A stretch of 64,000 nt of DNA from contig NW_024704742.1 in assembly GCF_018977255.1 (NCBI RefSeq), forward strand, positions 40,984,001-41,048,000, given 5' to 3'. The DNA comes from Callorhinchus milii. Lineage: Eukaryota. Shown piece after piece: positions 40,122 to 54,063 of the stretch. A program made the position numbers and the translations under genes. How positions within the stretch are numbered: the stretch's first letter is position 1; the number at the start of each line of letters is the position of its first letter. The notes below the pieces were generated by a model, which did no database searches, had not been told where the DNA came from, and saw only the letters and a program-made list of their open reading frames with translations.

Positions 40122-41246
40122 TAGAAAATAACATTTTAAGTTATTGTATTCATATCAAGGTATTGAAGATACATTTTTAATTTTATGTGTACTTAAATTC
40201 TCTCCCTTCCTTTTCTGAATGTAGGCAAGAGATTCTCTTTCCATTCCACTAGACTATGGCTCCAGAGATACTGGGCACCCTCTGGAACCTCACCCAAATA
40301 AAACACATACTGGACCCAGAGATGGAGAAGCCTAACACTTGTGGATAGGAAGAGATGTCATGAGTGGTCCAGAGTGAAGACAACAATGGATGAGCCTTTA
40401 CAGTGAGTGTTGGTGGGCTATTCGATGATCGCCATCATAGCACACACTATTTGTGTCCCACCTTCAATGCGCACCTTCCATCAGGGGCCACCTGACAGTG
40501 ATCAGGAGTAGATACCCCAGGGAAGGAGATGTTGAGGTCAATTTCAGTACCCCAACTACAGCATCTCAGCACAGAACTTGCTACCTTTCATGCAATACCC
40601 TGTCGAAGGATCTGAAAATCAACTCTTAATAGTGACAGTCATCAATGTAGGTGCTCTCAAACCATGATGATTCTGATTTTGTCCAGTTTATCTGGGGAAA
40701 ACTCACTTATAAATTAAGTGAATAATTTAACTGCGATGCCCAAATCATTTTCTCAGAAAGAGTGCCAAGGGTTCTTCCCACCTGTTAATCTTGCAATCCA
40801 GAGCAGTGGGAAGCTTCCCAGATAGTGGTTGCAAATGCAAATCCCCAAGCCTTGGCTCTCGTCAACCTGTTTGTAATCCCTCCCAAGATTAGGTGGTCAG
40901 GTCCTTCCCAGCAGACAATGAACAATCCATTAAGACAAATGGATATTTCCATTCGTATTTAGAACTCTCAGTACTGTAGTTTGGTTTGAATTCTCTTAAG
41001 CATGGTAATGGGACTTCAGCTGACCAAAGAACTAATGAAAAATAGCTTCTAAAGACATGCTTATTATAGTTCAGGAAACTTTGCTAATCATTAAATATAA
41101 AATCCAGTTCAACAATCTTAAAATGAACTTAGAAATCAAAAACTCATGTAAATGATTATGAGGAAGGGAGGTAAAGTCTGGATACTGATTCTATACTTAC
41201 ATTTTATTAAATGCATTTTGTTAAACCTAATATCAATGTTCATTCA

Positions 41247-41631
41247 TGGAGTCCTTTAGCTCAGTGGTTGGAGCACTTGCCTCGCAAGCGAGTGACCTAG
41301 TTTTGATTCCCAGCAAGGCAAAATGTTAGGCATGCTTGCTTACTCCACACGTCTCTGTTTACCTCGCAATAAGTAGGAACCTGGTTATTAGTCAATTGGC
41401 GGATCGCTTTTCTGGGGGTAATAACGCCTTCAAAAAAATAATAATAATAAATTGGTCCCTCAATCCACGACTGTTTGTGGCACACTACTGTGCGCAATTG
41501 GCTGACGCATTTTGCTCACAAAATATACAGGCAATTCACTTTACAGTATATTCTGTGAAGAGCTTTGAGACATCCTGAAGACATGATAAGGCGCTATATC
41601 AAATGCAAGGATTATTATTATCATTATTATT
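41247..41631 (+). mobile_element. tRNA-Ala-derived SINE, long variant
   Basis: Full head, central segment and (att)n tail. Confidence 0.88.
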
Positions 41632-43099
41632 CAGTTATGTAGGCTAAACACAAATCTGGGTGACTTCAAAATGAATGGGGACCCAGGCACTAGAGATTTG
41701 CACTAGAACCGTGCTCCTGGAACCAGGTGGTTGTAGGAGCAGGACGATTCGTAGCTGCTGCAGTTTAAATGGGAAGTGGCCTCCCTCTCTGCAATATAAA
41801 TGCAGCATTACGATGTTGAACAAGTTGCAAAGTTTAAAGGTTTGGTTAAAAGCAATTACATAATTGAATTTGGAAGGATTCTGCCGTCAGGGGAATTGGT
41901 GATTTGATTGAGAGATTTTAAAGAACCAGTTGCAGATTTCATCTCTAGTACCATAGGAGCAAATCTTTCTTTTTTTGAAAAAAATCAGTTCAGTTCTGAA
42001 AGATACACTTGATTCTTGAAATAGAGGAGTCTCACACCATCAGATTGGACTAAATGTCATGAATAGTCCAGATTGAAATTAAATGACCACTGATCCAAGA
42101 TGCTTCTCGGATTAGACGGACATTATTTTAGTGATGCTGTCACAGAGAAATGAGAGGCAATTGCATTGCATGGCTGATGGTACATCTCAGATTGACGTGG
42201 AGTGCCCATGCGGCTTGCATTAATATGTGCTTGAAACTTATACAATTTAAGATAGTGCATCAATTATATCTGACTCCCTTTGGGCTACATACAAAAAAAT
42301 GCAAATCATGAATATAAATACTTGTTTCTGTTATGGAGACTTAGCAGGGGGAGGGGAGAGGAGGAAGAAGGGAGAGGGAATCATCTCCATATGTAGTGCG
42401 AGTGGCCAGTTGTCACTTTATTCTTGGATAATGTTTCAGGCTACTCAAATTTTTTTTGTATCTCGGCAAATTTTAAAGCAGCTGAAATTGAGCGAGGATT
42501 TGGATGTGGGGATGAATAAAATCACGAAGGTCAGTATAACTCCTGGCAGGCTGTTATTAAACTGGATTCCAGCAAAGAAAAGCAAGGACATAATTGTTGT
42601 TCAAGGAAAGGATGATTTTTAAAAAACAAATATTAATAGACAGAATCAAATTTCACCTTGACAGAAGCCAGCTTTCCCTCTTCCCAGATATTTTGTACAA
42701 CCATGGGAAGGTATATGAAGCCAGCCAACTGTCAGGCTGTCTCACTAAAGATATTGAAAATACATTGTTCCCTATTTGTTTATAAACTTCACCACAGCTG
42801 TGTTTGTCTGTAATTGAATAGCCTGATATCATGCTCTGGAAGAATTGTAATGCTATCTGCAGAATCCTGTAGTTCCAATTTGGCTATGTGTTATTGCCAA
42901 TCAAGGTCATAAACAGGATGCAACCACAATGCTGTGTGATTAGTGCAACAATTCTCACACAGAGACCATGAAGACTAGTCCGTCAAATAACAACAGTTTT
43001 CCAGGATCTGGATTCTTCATGATTTGGTGAAGTGGGTGGGGGAGCGAGGAGGAATCCTAATTAGAAGCCAACTGTCCATTTACCTTGCAAATGCGTCCC

Positions 43100-43415
43100 T
43101 GAGTTCACAAGTTAAGCACCTTTGCTGTGCATTTTGTCCTGCTTTATATCTCCCGCTCGTTCCTCCTCACCATCAGTGGGTGAGCTTTCAGCCACTTTGT
43201 CCCAACTGTCTTGTACTTTTTTCCCCAATCGCTCTGTTTTCCTCCCTCCCTCTCTGCTTTCAAAACCTGCCAACAACCTTTCTCTTCAATCCATCTTTGG
43301 CTTTCTTCCCCACCCACCACCACGCCCCCATATCCCTCCCTTGAGTTGAGCTTGAGTTACCATTCTGACTTTGACAAACTTTGGGGTGTTCTCCTACATG
43401 AAAGGCACTATATCA
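43100..43415 (+). mobile_element. Degenerate L2 3' fragment
   Basis: Similar to the 17497 copy (caccatcagtggg..gctttcagccac..caaaacc...acatgaaaggcactatat). Confidence 0.65.
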
Positions 43416-46400
43416 GGATTATTGATGTTTTACCATCCACTATTTAATTCCCTATCATCCCCTACTCCTAACCCCGATCATCTTCTGTCCATTACCCTGA
43501 TCACCATAAGTCAAACAGTTACACCGTTGAGACCATTGAGTTGGGACAGAAAGTTTTATTACTGTAGTGCATGTCAGCTCATTATCGTTTGAATCCTATA
43601 TTTCTGTCTTTTCTCCAGAACCTTAAGTGTACTTGTTTCCTATTTCCCTTTAAACACCTTAATTAATTCTGCATCGATTGCCTTCTAGGGCAGTGCATTC
43701 CACATATGGAATAAGTTACCAGGAAAGGCTACTGAAGTAAATGCCATAAATGGGTTCAAGAAACAGTTAGCAGGTTTCTCGAAAAAGTGGGATATGTATA
43801 AGTTAGGAGCTGTTGTTTAGTAATTATGAATAAATACATGGAGATAAATCCAAACCTGCTAGCCTTATGCATTTAAACAGCTTTTACCTGTTTCTAAAAT
43901 GTCCCATGTTCATGCTTTCTACGACACTATGTGTCAATTGCAGCATTTTAACTAAAATCTGCACCCTAGATAGTTATGGTATATCTGACTTTCACTGAGT
44001 AAGTGGTGTAAAACGGAGAAAATAGATATTAAAGGTTTAAAATCTCAAGATATCAATTTAAAATCACTTGTTAAAATGCACCTTGAAAAAAGTTTCTGAT
44101 CAAGTTTCAGTTCTACTATTGACCACTGGTACAACTGAAACATGTAAAGAATTGCACCCTTGAAATTGTCCTGCAGTGCTCAGAAAAAATGGATAAGGTC
44201 TGGTTCACATCATGAAATGCTGAATGTGTTTTCTCCTCCAACTGTCTACTCTGAACTGGTTTCACGGCACGGTCTTTGCAATAAAAATTAATTCTCTCCG
44301 TCCCCTGGAAAAAAAAGCTGTCATTTCATAAGAAACCACATTAATTAATTTAGTGAGATACTTCCATCAGCATTTTATTTGCTTTTGTTATAAAAGAGCC
44401 AATTGCGAGAGTGTACGTGTGAACGTGCATTTTTTTTACCATATTCTGCAAACCAATGGCAAATAAACTACACGCACTATTCATCTTTCGTCCGTCTTAA
44501 GACAATGGTTTCTTCTGTGCAGCTGTGCTTCGAATCCTGCCCCAGGTCGTACCACAGCCTTACTGTGGAGAAGCTGGCATTAGCTCAGCAGACTCACAGA
44601 GCATGATTTGTCTGACTTATCTTTTTTTGGTTGGTTAATATAAAGAAAAAAAGTATGGCAGCTCGCAAGAACCCTCCACACCTCCCCGAGTGTCCAGCAT
44701 TATACAGTGAATTCAACAACAAACAACAACGATCACATAGTATCCATCAAGTACAATAATAGTAGATGATTGCAGGTTCAAGTAGTGCAGCTGTTGCTGT
44801 CCTGTCATTTCCCACATTAGGTGTCTGGAAATAAATTGTCACTATAGTAACTACCCAAACACGCGTCTGCATCTTTGCAGCGACCCGAATTTTAAAGAAT
44901 AGCTTAAACAAATAAATATCAACGTTTCAGTTCTTGCAAAAAAATGGTGAAAACGGCAAAAAAATTGTTGAATTTCAAACTTAATTCCTAAAACTAGACT
45001 TTCTGTGATAATGATTTGGCTTATTACATCCTAAATGGCACACAATGGAATCCGAGATATATTGATCTCTGAATATAGTGATCCTTTCAATGCTTCCTCC
45101 TAATAGGATAACTGGTTCATATGTAAAATGTGCCAGTATTTGTTTTGTATCCGTTTCCCCATGAGGTGCGAACAGATTTTTATTGTTCACCGTCTAACCT
45201 GATAGCTGGACCCATCCACCTCACGTCAGCCTCACAGGCGCGAACAATGGAACTGATGTACAACTTAACAGATGGGGAGGCACTGCAACTCAAATTAAAT
45301 CGGGCCTTCCTCACTTGCGGAATATACTCACATTGTTACAATCTATCGCAGGATTTGATGACTCCAACATGCAATAAAATGTACGTGTTGAGCAACTTGT
45401 TTTTCAATTGATTGAAATATTTTTGTTTTCTTACCCTACTATGTGTAAAGTCCTTTTAATGGATCCAGCATATCACGAACCTACCCCATCAACCATGTTC
45501 GGAACAAACAGGAGGAAGGGAAAGAGCACTGGGTTGAACCACAGTTTAATAATGAAGGTGCTGCTTGTGATTTACACAAGCGTGTGTAACACTGTGATCT
45601 TTCTTCATTTTTAAAACGCATGAGCTTTCATTTGAGTGGGTGACAGTGCATTTTATATCTAAACGTGTTTTATTTCCATTTAAATTCCTAGGCATTTAGC
45701 ACAGGGTCAAAATGCATTTTTTAAAAATATATATTCTCAAATCCTTCTTCTGGGGACAAGGGAAAATTCATGAGGTTTAGATCACATGATGAAACCCCAA
45801 ATGTGTTTTTTTGTCACTGAAAAGCTACTGTCAGGATAGCCATTTGCAAACATTTGCTGCTCAGAATTATGCTCTGTCTTAACACACAAGCAAAGTTGCA
45901 TATTGTTGTTTGCTTGCATAGCATTTGTGGGAGGGTATATATTTATACAAGGAATCTCTCCACGTTATTTTCTATATTTAGGATTTCAATCAAATGTCAA
46001 TAGTCAACAACAACAAATTGCATTTATACAGTGGCCTTCACGTCAGGCAGTTTCTCCAAGTACTTAATATCTGATGACGATCCGAGGGGAGGAAAGAGGT
46101 GACCATAAGCATGGTCGATGAGGAAGGTCTTAATTTTTCATCCATATTTACACATTAGCCTGGTTTGCCAAAGATAAGTATGGGACATTTCTAGCACTTG
46201 CTTGCCCTATGTTCCGATACGAAGTATAGCCATGTGTCAGCAGCTCCTTTCTGTTTCAGTATCGTGAGAACACCTCATTCTTCATTCTACTTTCACTGGG
46301 ATTAGGAAGATAACAGCTCACTAAACACCTTGACTATGAACAAAGTGCTTAGAAATGTGAAGAGACTTTCCTCTAGGAAAAGTCCATTTAACTCATGCTG

Positions 46401-48477
46401 ACTCGCAAGAATTTGGTTCTGTGGGTTGATGGCAGCATAAATGGGGTTTCCCTGTAGGAGCAGTACTTTTTTATCCTGAGGCACTCCTTCCACCATCAAG
46501 GCTGTCATTTGGAATACCATTATTGGAAAAAAACATCTCTGAGACGCTACCCAGTGTGGAGGGTGGGTGGAGGATAAGTGCATGTTGTTGTTGTTATTGT
46601 CTTTTAGTCAATCAACAAATATTTCCAAATGGTTTCAGGGGGAAGAAGAATACCGAGAAGTTAAGTGTCTTTACATTACATTTTAAGATAAAAAAAAGTA
46701 TAAAAGTTACAGGTAGAAAAAAAGCAACATTAGAGTATGAAAAAGAAAAACACAAAAGGGGAAGAAAGAATATTGTCAAAAGAGACAAGAAAATAAGTTG
46801 TATTATTTGATTTAAGCTGTTTTAAAAACTTTTGCTATTTTTGTGGTTAATATTACTAAAGAAAAGCTGCTCCTGACCTTTTAGTGGCATAATTACTCAA
46901 TGTTAGTGCTTAATAGTGTTATAGTGGAACTGGAAATGTATAAAACGAGCCAGCGCAGGAGAGTGCATATCCCATTCCAGACACAGGGACGTTTCCATAC
47001 ATAATAATAATAATAATAATAATAATCCTTGCATTTGATATTGAGCCTGATTACATTTTTGAGATGGCTCAGCCACTGTTAAGCGCTTGTAGATGCTACC
47101 CTACGTGGAGGGTGCTATATAAGTGCAAGTTATTGTTGTTGTTGTTGAGACATCTCAAAGCGCTTCACAGGATATACTGTAAAGTAGATTGACTGTGCAT
47201 TTTGTGGGTAAAATACATATGTCGGTTTTTCTGGTCTGGATTCTCTTAAGCATGATGATAGGTTTCCACATGCATCAGACAGCAAGGCTGACCAAAGAAA
47301 AATCATTCAAATTTACCCACAACCTTAAATTAATTGTTCTTAAGACACCGCCTGTACAAATTAGTTACTGTATTTGCCTGCATAACATTCACTTCATAAC
47401 TCATTTTTAAAGCACCTCAAGGTGATAGCTTTTAGTGAAAGGCGCTGCATAAATGCAAATTACTGTTGTTGTAGAGGTTTTGATTTCCAAAAACTATTTT
47501 TAATAGTATGCAGTTGTTTAAAGCCATAATAAAGTAAATACAACAACAACTTGCATTTATAAAGTGCCCCTCAAATAGAGTAGTGTCCCAGAGCGCTTGA
47601 TACAAATACACCCTTCGCAGATACAGAATGGTGCATTTGCCTGAGAACAGTGTTACAAAAGCGGCAGCTGTTCAATGAGGTAACCATCATCAGTTCAATC
47701 TTGTTGAGCAAAATGTTTCAACATTTGTAGAATGTACGATGCAAACTAAGTGCAACTTACATAGATTTTACTGACCTTCAAGTTCATGTAGTGGTAGCAG
47801 GAAATCTGCTCGGATAAAATATATTTATCTGAATTCCATACTGCAGAACAAAATAATAAATCTTGCCTTTGATACAGCGGCTTATCATGTCTTCGCTATG
47901 TCTCTACATAGTATTACCTGGTTGACATGCTTGTCCCACAAATGACAATTTAGCTCCTTGTAATATTCAGGGTCACTTGAAAATATACAGATATGTTATT
48001 AAAGTAGACCAAGTGCAGTGAATAAATTGAATGTTTGACAACAACAAAGAGATTCAAGAACTGTGATTTTACTGAAACCAATGCATTTGTTCTATAATTA
48101 TAATGGGAGACCTTGCATTGAAAATTGTTGCATTCCTGAAGTCTAACCTATATGTAACAGCAAGCAATTCTTAGCAAATAATAATTCATCACTAAAATCC
48201 TACCATGCTTGTTTATTTTCTGGGTTGGCACCCCAGTGCAGAACTCAGATCGTTGCTGAGTAGGTGGCAGCTTAACTAAACCACCGATGTTTCACAATAG
48301 CAATGGGAAAAATGACCAAATTGAATCTTGTTTTTTTTTGATAAATTTGGGTGTGGAACAAATATTTGTCAGAGTATAGGGACAATTCTTCCAAAAATAG
48401 TGCCGTGCAAATAACGTCCACCTGAACCACAAAGAACAGGCAAACATGAATTTGAACACAACATTCCCCCTAGTACT

Positions 48478-49544
48478 GCCCTCGCTCTCTACACCTATTT
48501 TTTTCTGGGTAGGAAGAATATGCAACATAATTACGCAGTTCATTACGGATTTTGTTCTCACATACACATCTCTAGCTTCAGACTCCTTCCTGTGTAACTA
48601 ATTTTATTGGATATGCTAGAGAGTAAATAAATTGAGTGTTGGACTAGATTATGAGCTCAAGGCACTAATCTCTGACCCAGAGGTGAGAATGCTACGAATT
48701 GAGCTAATCCGACCACTTCAATATTAGGATAGTTAGAATTCGTCTGCCGGAAACACAAAACTACCACTGTTAGGTGTAAAATCTAAAACACAATTAAAAG
48801 TTGTTTGTATTAAAAAGATGAAGAAATGCATCAATTACAATTAAAATCCACTTCTGCATAGCAGCACTTGTAAAAATACATATATTCACCAACATGATTA
48901 AATAACAGATTATTTTTTACCCCAGCAAGCTAACAACAAAATGCATCCAATTTATATTCAGAACATCTCTGCAGTGCTTTTCTCCTGATTAGTGTGTGGG
49001 TCCATTTATTTAAACACTCCTGCAATTAATTTATTTCCAATTTCTGTCTGAGAAAATTAAAGCAGGACATAAAGGTACCAGAAATCAATTTATTCTGTTC
49101 AAAGTAAAAGCCCAGGTATGTTAGAAAGATAGCTGGCCAGTGCACCGTAGATCAAAGCAGAGAACGGATCTGTACTGTGCTGGGAACAACTCTGAACAAA
49201 CTAGAAACAGCGAGTAAAAAGATCAGTCTGGGAGCAGCTCTCTGCAAAATAATTAGTTACCCAGAGACACATGTCTGTATTTATTAAAATATTTATTAAT
49301 ACCGGATAGGCAAATTGTGCTTTAATTAAGCCAGGGGGAATTCAGCCTCATAGAACTACAGCAACAATAAATGAAGGATCTAATATTTCCAAGCCCTCGC
49401 TCTCACCTTCTATTTTTTTCTAGGTAGTAAGAATACCCATCGTAATTACGCAGTTCATTACGCATTTTGTTCTCACATACACAACTCTGCAGCTTCAGAC
49501 TCCTTCTTGTGTAACTAATTTTATTGGACATGCTAGACAGTAAA
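48478..49544 (+). repeat. ~150-bp direct duplication (48478-48627 and 49393-49544)
   Basis: Both copies read gccctcgctctc...taattacgcagttcattacg.attttgttctcacatacaca.ctct..agcttcagactccttc.tgtgtaactaattttattgga.atgctaga.agtaaa. Confidence 0.9.
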
Positions 49545-50961
49545 AATGTCTAAAGCTTTGCAGTACATGCCACTCTATTTTTAATTTGTTTTTTACTTTT
49601 TCTTTCTTGCAGCTTCCCCAGCTGCACACTGTTCTCCTAGTGAGCAAGACAGAGGTGGTAGGGAGGGAGGGGGATGTTTGCTCCCAGGTATCTCCGTTTC
49701 GCCCACAAAATATACAGTCAATCCACTATAGTCATTCCTGTGAAACCCTTTGACATGTCTCAAACAATGTTATAAGGGTTATATCAAATGCAAGGAATAT
49801 TATTATTATTATTATTATTATCGTCTGCCATCCTAACTCCTGAATCAGTCTGAAGGGGAGTAGGAGAGTGAATGAGAGCAGCACAGAATAATTCATCCTT
49901 GATCTCTCCTCAATCTCTCTATAAAGGAAATGCCCGATCACGAGAGAGGTGTGAATGAGGAAGGCCCTTTGGTTCATTTAATCGCATGCTTCTATAATAT
50001 CCATTTTATAGGCACTGCCCACTGTAACTCCCCCACCCAAACCACATTGGTAATATCAGAAAGTGAAGATTGTCAGATGTGAAGAATGCCACATTCTTCA
50101 TCCTGATCCTTTGACATGTTTGTCTCTTATTGTGATACTCTGATTTAACCTTAACATCTTCATATCAGACTGGCCTTGTGAGAGGTTCAATAGGACAACA
50201 CTTCAGTGCGTTTTCACAAAATGTATCTTTGTGAAGCTATTCTGCAGCTATTGGTAAGCATAAAAGCTGCGCACNAAAAAAATTTGGTCGACAATTGGGA
50301 TAATTCTGTATAAGAGATTGGAATCCAAAAGTCTGCTGCTGATTTTCCTTTCGATCCACACACATAGCATCTCTGCCGCATTGAGAAATAGTACAGCTGG
50401 GCTGCTTCTGCCCACAGGGTTTAGAGAAAATATTTGTGTTTGTTTGTGTGCGTGCTCGAGAAAGTGTACTTGGTTGTGTGTGAGAGAGCATATGAGGAAC
50501 TGTGCACATGTGCCTGTGTGTAACAATACTGTGAGAGAACATGTGCACACTTGTGGGTGTGAGAACCTGCATGTTCATATGTGTCAGATAACAACTAACG
50601 TCTCCAACAACTGCATGGTCAACAGCTAATTTTGTTGCTCCATCAACAAAATGAATTAAATGAATAGAAATATTACCCACAAAACATATTTTGACACTGA
50701 ATTTGACCTCACTGCAGAATGAGCTGCTACTCTGTTTATTGGGGGGGGGGGGGGGGGGGGGATTCACAAGATATTGCTCAAAGCCTATTTCTAGTGCAAA
50801 TGCAAATATTTTAATGATGGATTAGCGCACGGTCGTGCAGCTTCATAACAGACTCAGACTCCACATCTTTCAAAATGGCAGTTTTCTGGAATAGAACGGC
50901 CATTGTCAGTACAGCTGGGTCAATCCTTTCATATGCATAAAACTGAAGCACTTGGCAAATT

Positions 50962-51356
50962 AATAATAACCCTTACATTTGATACGTCACCTTTCACGTC
51001 AGGAGGATGTCTCAAAGCCTTGACTAGAGGATTCACTGTAAAGTGGGGGGAATGTATACTTGGCAAAAGCAGCAGCCAAATTGTGCACAGCAATGTCCCA
51101 CAAACAGCCATGAAGTGAATGACCAATTTTATTTATCACCGGGAGAAACTCCCTTCTCTTCGTTGAATAGTGGAAGAGATCTTTAAGTCCACCACAAATC
51201 CTTGGTTTAAGATTTTATCTGAAGGACAGAACCTCTAACAGTGAGTCACCCTCCCAGCACTGCTAGACTTTGACTTCAATGTCCTGACCTGAGGCTTGAA
51301 CTCATAACCCGCTGACTCAAAGGTGAGAGTGCGAGCAACTGAGCCAGGCTGGCACC
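50962..51356 (-). mobile_element. Deu-domain SINE
   Basis: Tail, core and head (gagagtgcgagcaactgagccaggctggcac) in reverse orientation. Confidence 0.78.
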
Positions 51357-53207
51357 AATTGCAGAAGTATATTCTTATTTTTTGGCAAGTACTATTTATC
51401 CTTTAACTGGGTGGGAATTTTACTTTTTCATTGCGAATCAGACATTCTGCCAACATACTTGAACAATTCATGTGCTGGAAAGTCTCCAAAGTACATCATC
51501 ACTCATTCATGCAGGAGGCTTTAGGAAAGAAAATGAATATTTCCACACATTCCAGACAAGGCATCATGGTTTCTGAAGCATTCTCCCCATTTTCTAGCCC
51601 AGTTTTGCGGTATCCCATTTAAGCTTCAAGTCGACAAAAGTATCTGTTTTTTTCCTTACGATATAACAAACTTAGACAAAGCCTATGGAACCTCAGTGCA
51701 AGAGAGATAAACAGGCTGAGTGGAGTACTTAAACATGGTTATCATGGCTAATCCGCTCTCACTTTCAGGGGAATTGAGCACTACAAAAAAAACTACTCCT
51801 GCACATTAGCTTTGTTTGATTAAGGATTATTTTAAGCAATAACCAAGTAAAAAAAAGTGTGTCGTTATCACAGGGTTCAGCACATCAGGAGTCATTTTAA
51901 TAGCAGCAGAGTCGAAAGAGATAAAGTGATAAAATAAGAAGTGACTATACAGTTTTAAGATATTGCAGACAGAGCAAGAACCCAATGATTTAATGCTGGT
52001 GTAGGCAGAATCTGAATGCTTTAATTAGCTCAAGGGCATAAACAGTGACTTTTCCAGAAAGTTAAGTTCTTAAGACTTGGGACTCCACAGGAGGCATTCA
52101 CTAGTACATTCACTAACTAATCAATGAACAAAAACAAACCCAGTATGGATACAAAACTTTTTAAAAAATACTAGTTCATTGATACCTCCTGTAGTTTGCA
52201 GGAAAAGTGTAGTATTCCAAACCTAATCCTTTCCACAGTGGACAACAAATGTATCAGTGATACAGACAGCTGTGTGCACTGGTGTAGTGTCAACTTCAGG
52301 ATTACAGGGTGAAAAATGATGCAATAAACCTACAAAAAGGAGCATCCAAAGTGTAATCTAAAAAAAGGCAAAATGTACACAAAAAAATGAGATTCAGTGC
52401 AATTCAGAGCACATCACGGTAATTAAAGAAAAGTGATCTTACGTGTGTGAACATATGTGTGTGCGCGTGTGCATGCGGGAATGGAATTTTAATCCTCTCT
52501 CTGTTTTCACATGGGGCAATTCGTTTTTGTCCTCAGGATTTACAGAACCCAAATTCTTACTCCAGATATATAATCCACTGCTGTTCTCTGCACCATATAA
52601 ACATATTGACAAGAGCTGTGGAGAAGAAATGTCATGAAGGCTATGTGTTCGCATCCCTTTTAATGCAGTCTTAACCTTTTACCCTCTCACCCAAACAGCA
52701 AAGCATCTTCTGAAGAGAATGTATTTCAAATAAAGAAAAGATCTCCTGGTGATGACAAAGATGTTCAACTATATAATCCACAGGCTTTGAGGTGATGGAT
52801 TTGAGGTATCAGTTATTAACAAACATTAAATATCATAACCTATCCTCGTAGGGAAATGACGCACTTAGCGAGCTTTTAAATTGCAGACTGTGAATGAAGT
52901 TAGATGCGTCTGTTTGAAGAAAACTGGAAGAAAAACATGACTTTGAGGTTATAACCGAGAGCAAGTCAGTTTAATATCTCACATTTCTTCAATTCCTTTT
53001 ATTGTGTGGTTGCCTGACTCGATCAAGAATATTCACCAAAGGAACAAACTGCATCACCTTTGTGTGACAGATGTATTCTGTTCAAGCACATCATATTTCT
53101 CAGTTCATGTTATTTTGGGGACTTGTTCCAAGGTCAATTGATGTCACTAATAAATGCTCCAACTCATACCCAAGGTGCCAGATTCTCTGTATACCGAGAC
53201 TGTTAAC

Positions 53208-53672
53208 AATAATAATCAGAATACTTGCATTTGATACAATGTCTTATCATGTTCAAGCATTTTAAAGCACTTGACAGAGGTTTCCATACAGTGTACTGAT
53301 TGTGCATTTATACACAGCAGCCAATTTGCACACAGTAATGTCCCAGGACACTGCCTTGTATGTGGGACATGGCTGTGCGCAAACTGGCTTCTCCAGGAAA
53401 GCAGCCAATTTGTGAGAGATCCCTTTCTCTTTTTAAATAACACCATGGAATCTTTAATGCCCATTACAATTACAAGACCAGAAGATGCAGACAGGACCTC
53501 AATTTAATGTCTCATCTATGGCACAGGAACTCTGAAATGTAGTACTCCCCCAAAACTGTATTGAAATGTCAACCTAAACTCTGTGCTCAACGAGTTGAAT
53601 CTGACATGGGTCTTGAACTCCCAGCCTTCTCACTCGGAGGTGTGAGTCCTACCAACTGAGCCAGATTGAGAC
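53208..53672 (-). mobile_element. Deu-domain SINE
   Basis: caccatggaatctttaatg...ggacctcaatttaatgtctcatc core, plus head and tail. Confidence 0.75.
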
Positions 53673-53742
53673 CTTTTCCTGCTAGTGAGGTACCACTACA
53701 CATCAGCTCGATTGCATTATTTTATTCTTGTTGCCAATGTTG

Positions 53743-54063
53743 TGGAGTCCTGTAGCTCAGTGGTTAGAGCACTCGCTTTGCAAGCGAGAGACCTGAGTTC
53801 AATTCCAGGCAGAGTGAAACCTTGGGCAAGTTTCCTTACTCCACACAGAGCCTAATAATAATCCCTCCAAAACCAAAAACAATAATAAATTGGTCATTTT
53901 CAATCTACGACTGTTAGTGGGACATTGCTGTGCGCAATTGGCTGCTGCGTTCGCCCACAAATATACAGTCAATTCACTTGACAGTATATTCTGTGAAGCG
54001 CTTTGGGACGTCCTCCTGACGTGAAAAGCGCTATATCAAATGCAAGGATTATTATTATTATTA
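53743..54063 (+). mobile_element. tRNA-Ala(TGC)-derived SINE, short variant, full length, young
   Basis: A box (tagctcagtggttagagc), anticodon arm ctcgc-TTTGCAA-gcgag and B box (gagttcaattcc). Body shared with many copies in the window; tail gggacgtcctcctgacgtgaaaagcgctatatcaaatgcaagg(att)n. Confidence 0.9.

Noticed and set aside
50237..50767. 176-aa ORF starting with poly-Pro
   Set aside because: Derives from a poly-G run (50741-50761) and (TG)-rich low-complexity sequence, and contains an N.
53743..53815. tRNA-Ala genes (also at 30195, 39816, 41247, 60275 and 15600-15673)
   Set aside because: The cloverleaf-like heads run directly into a common SINE body and (att)n tail, so these are SINE heads.
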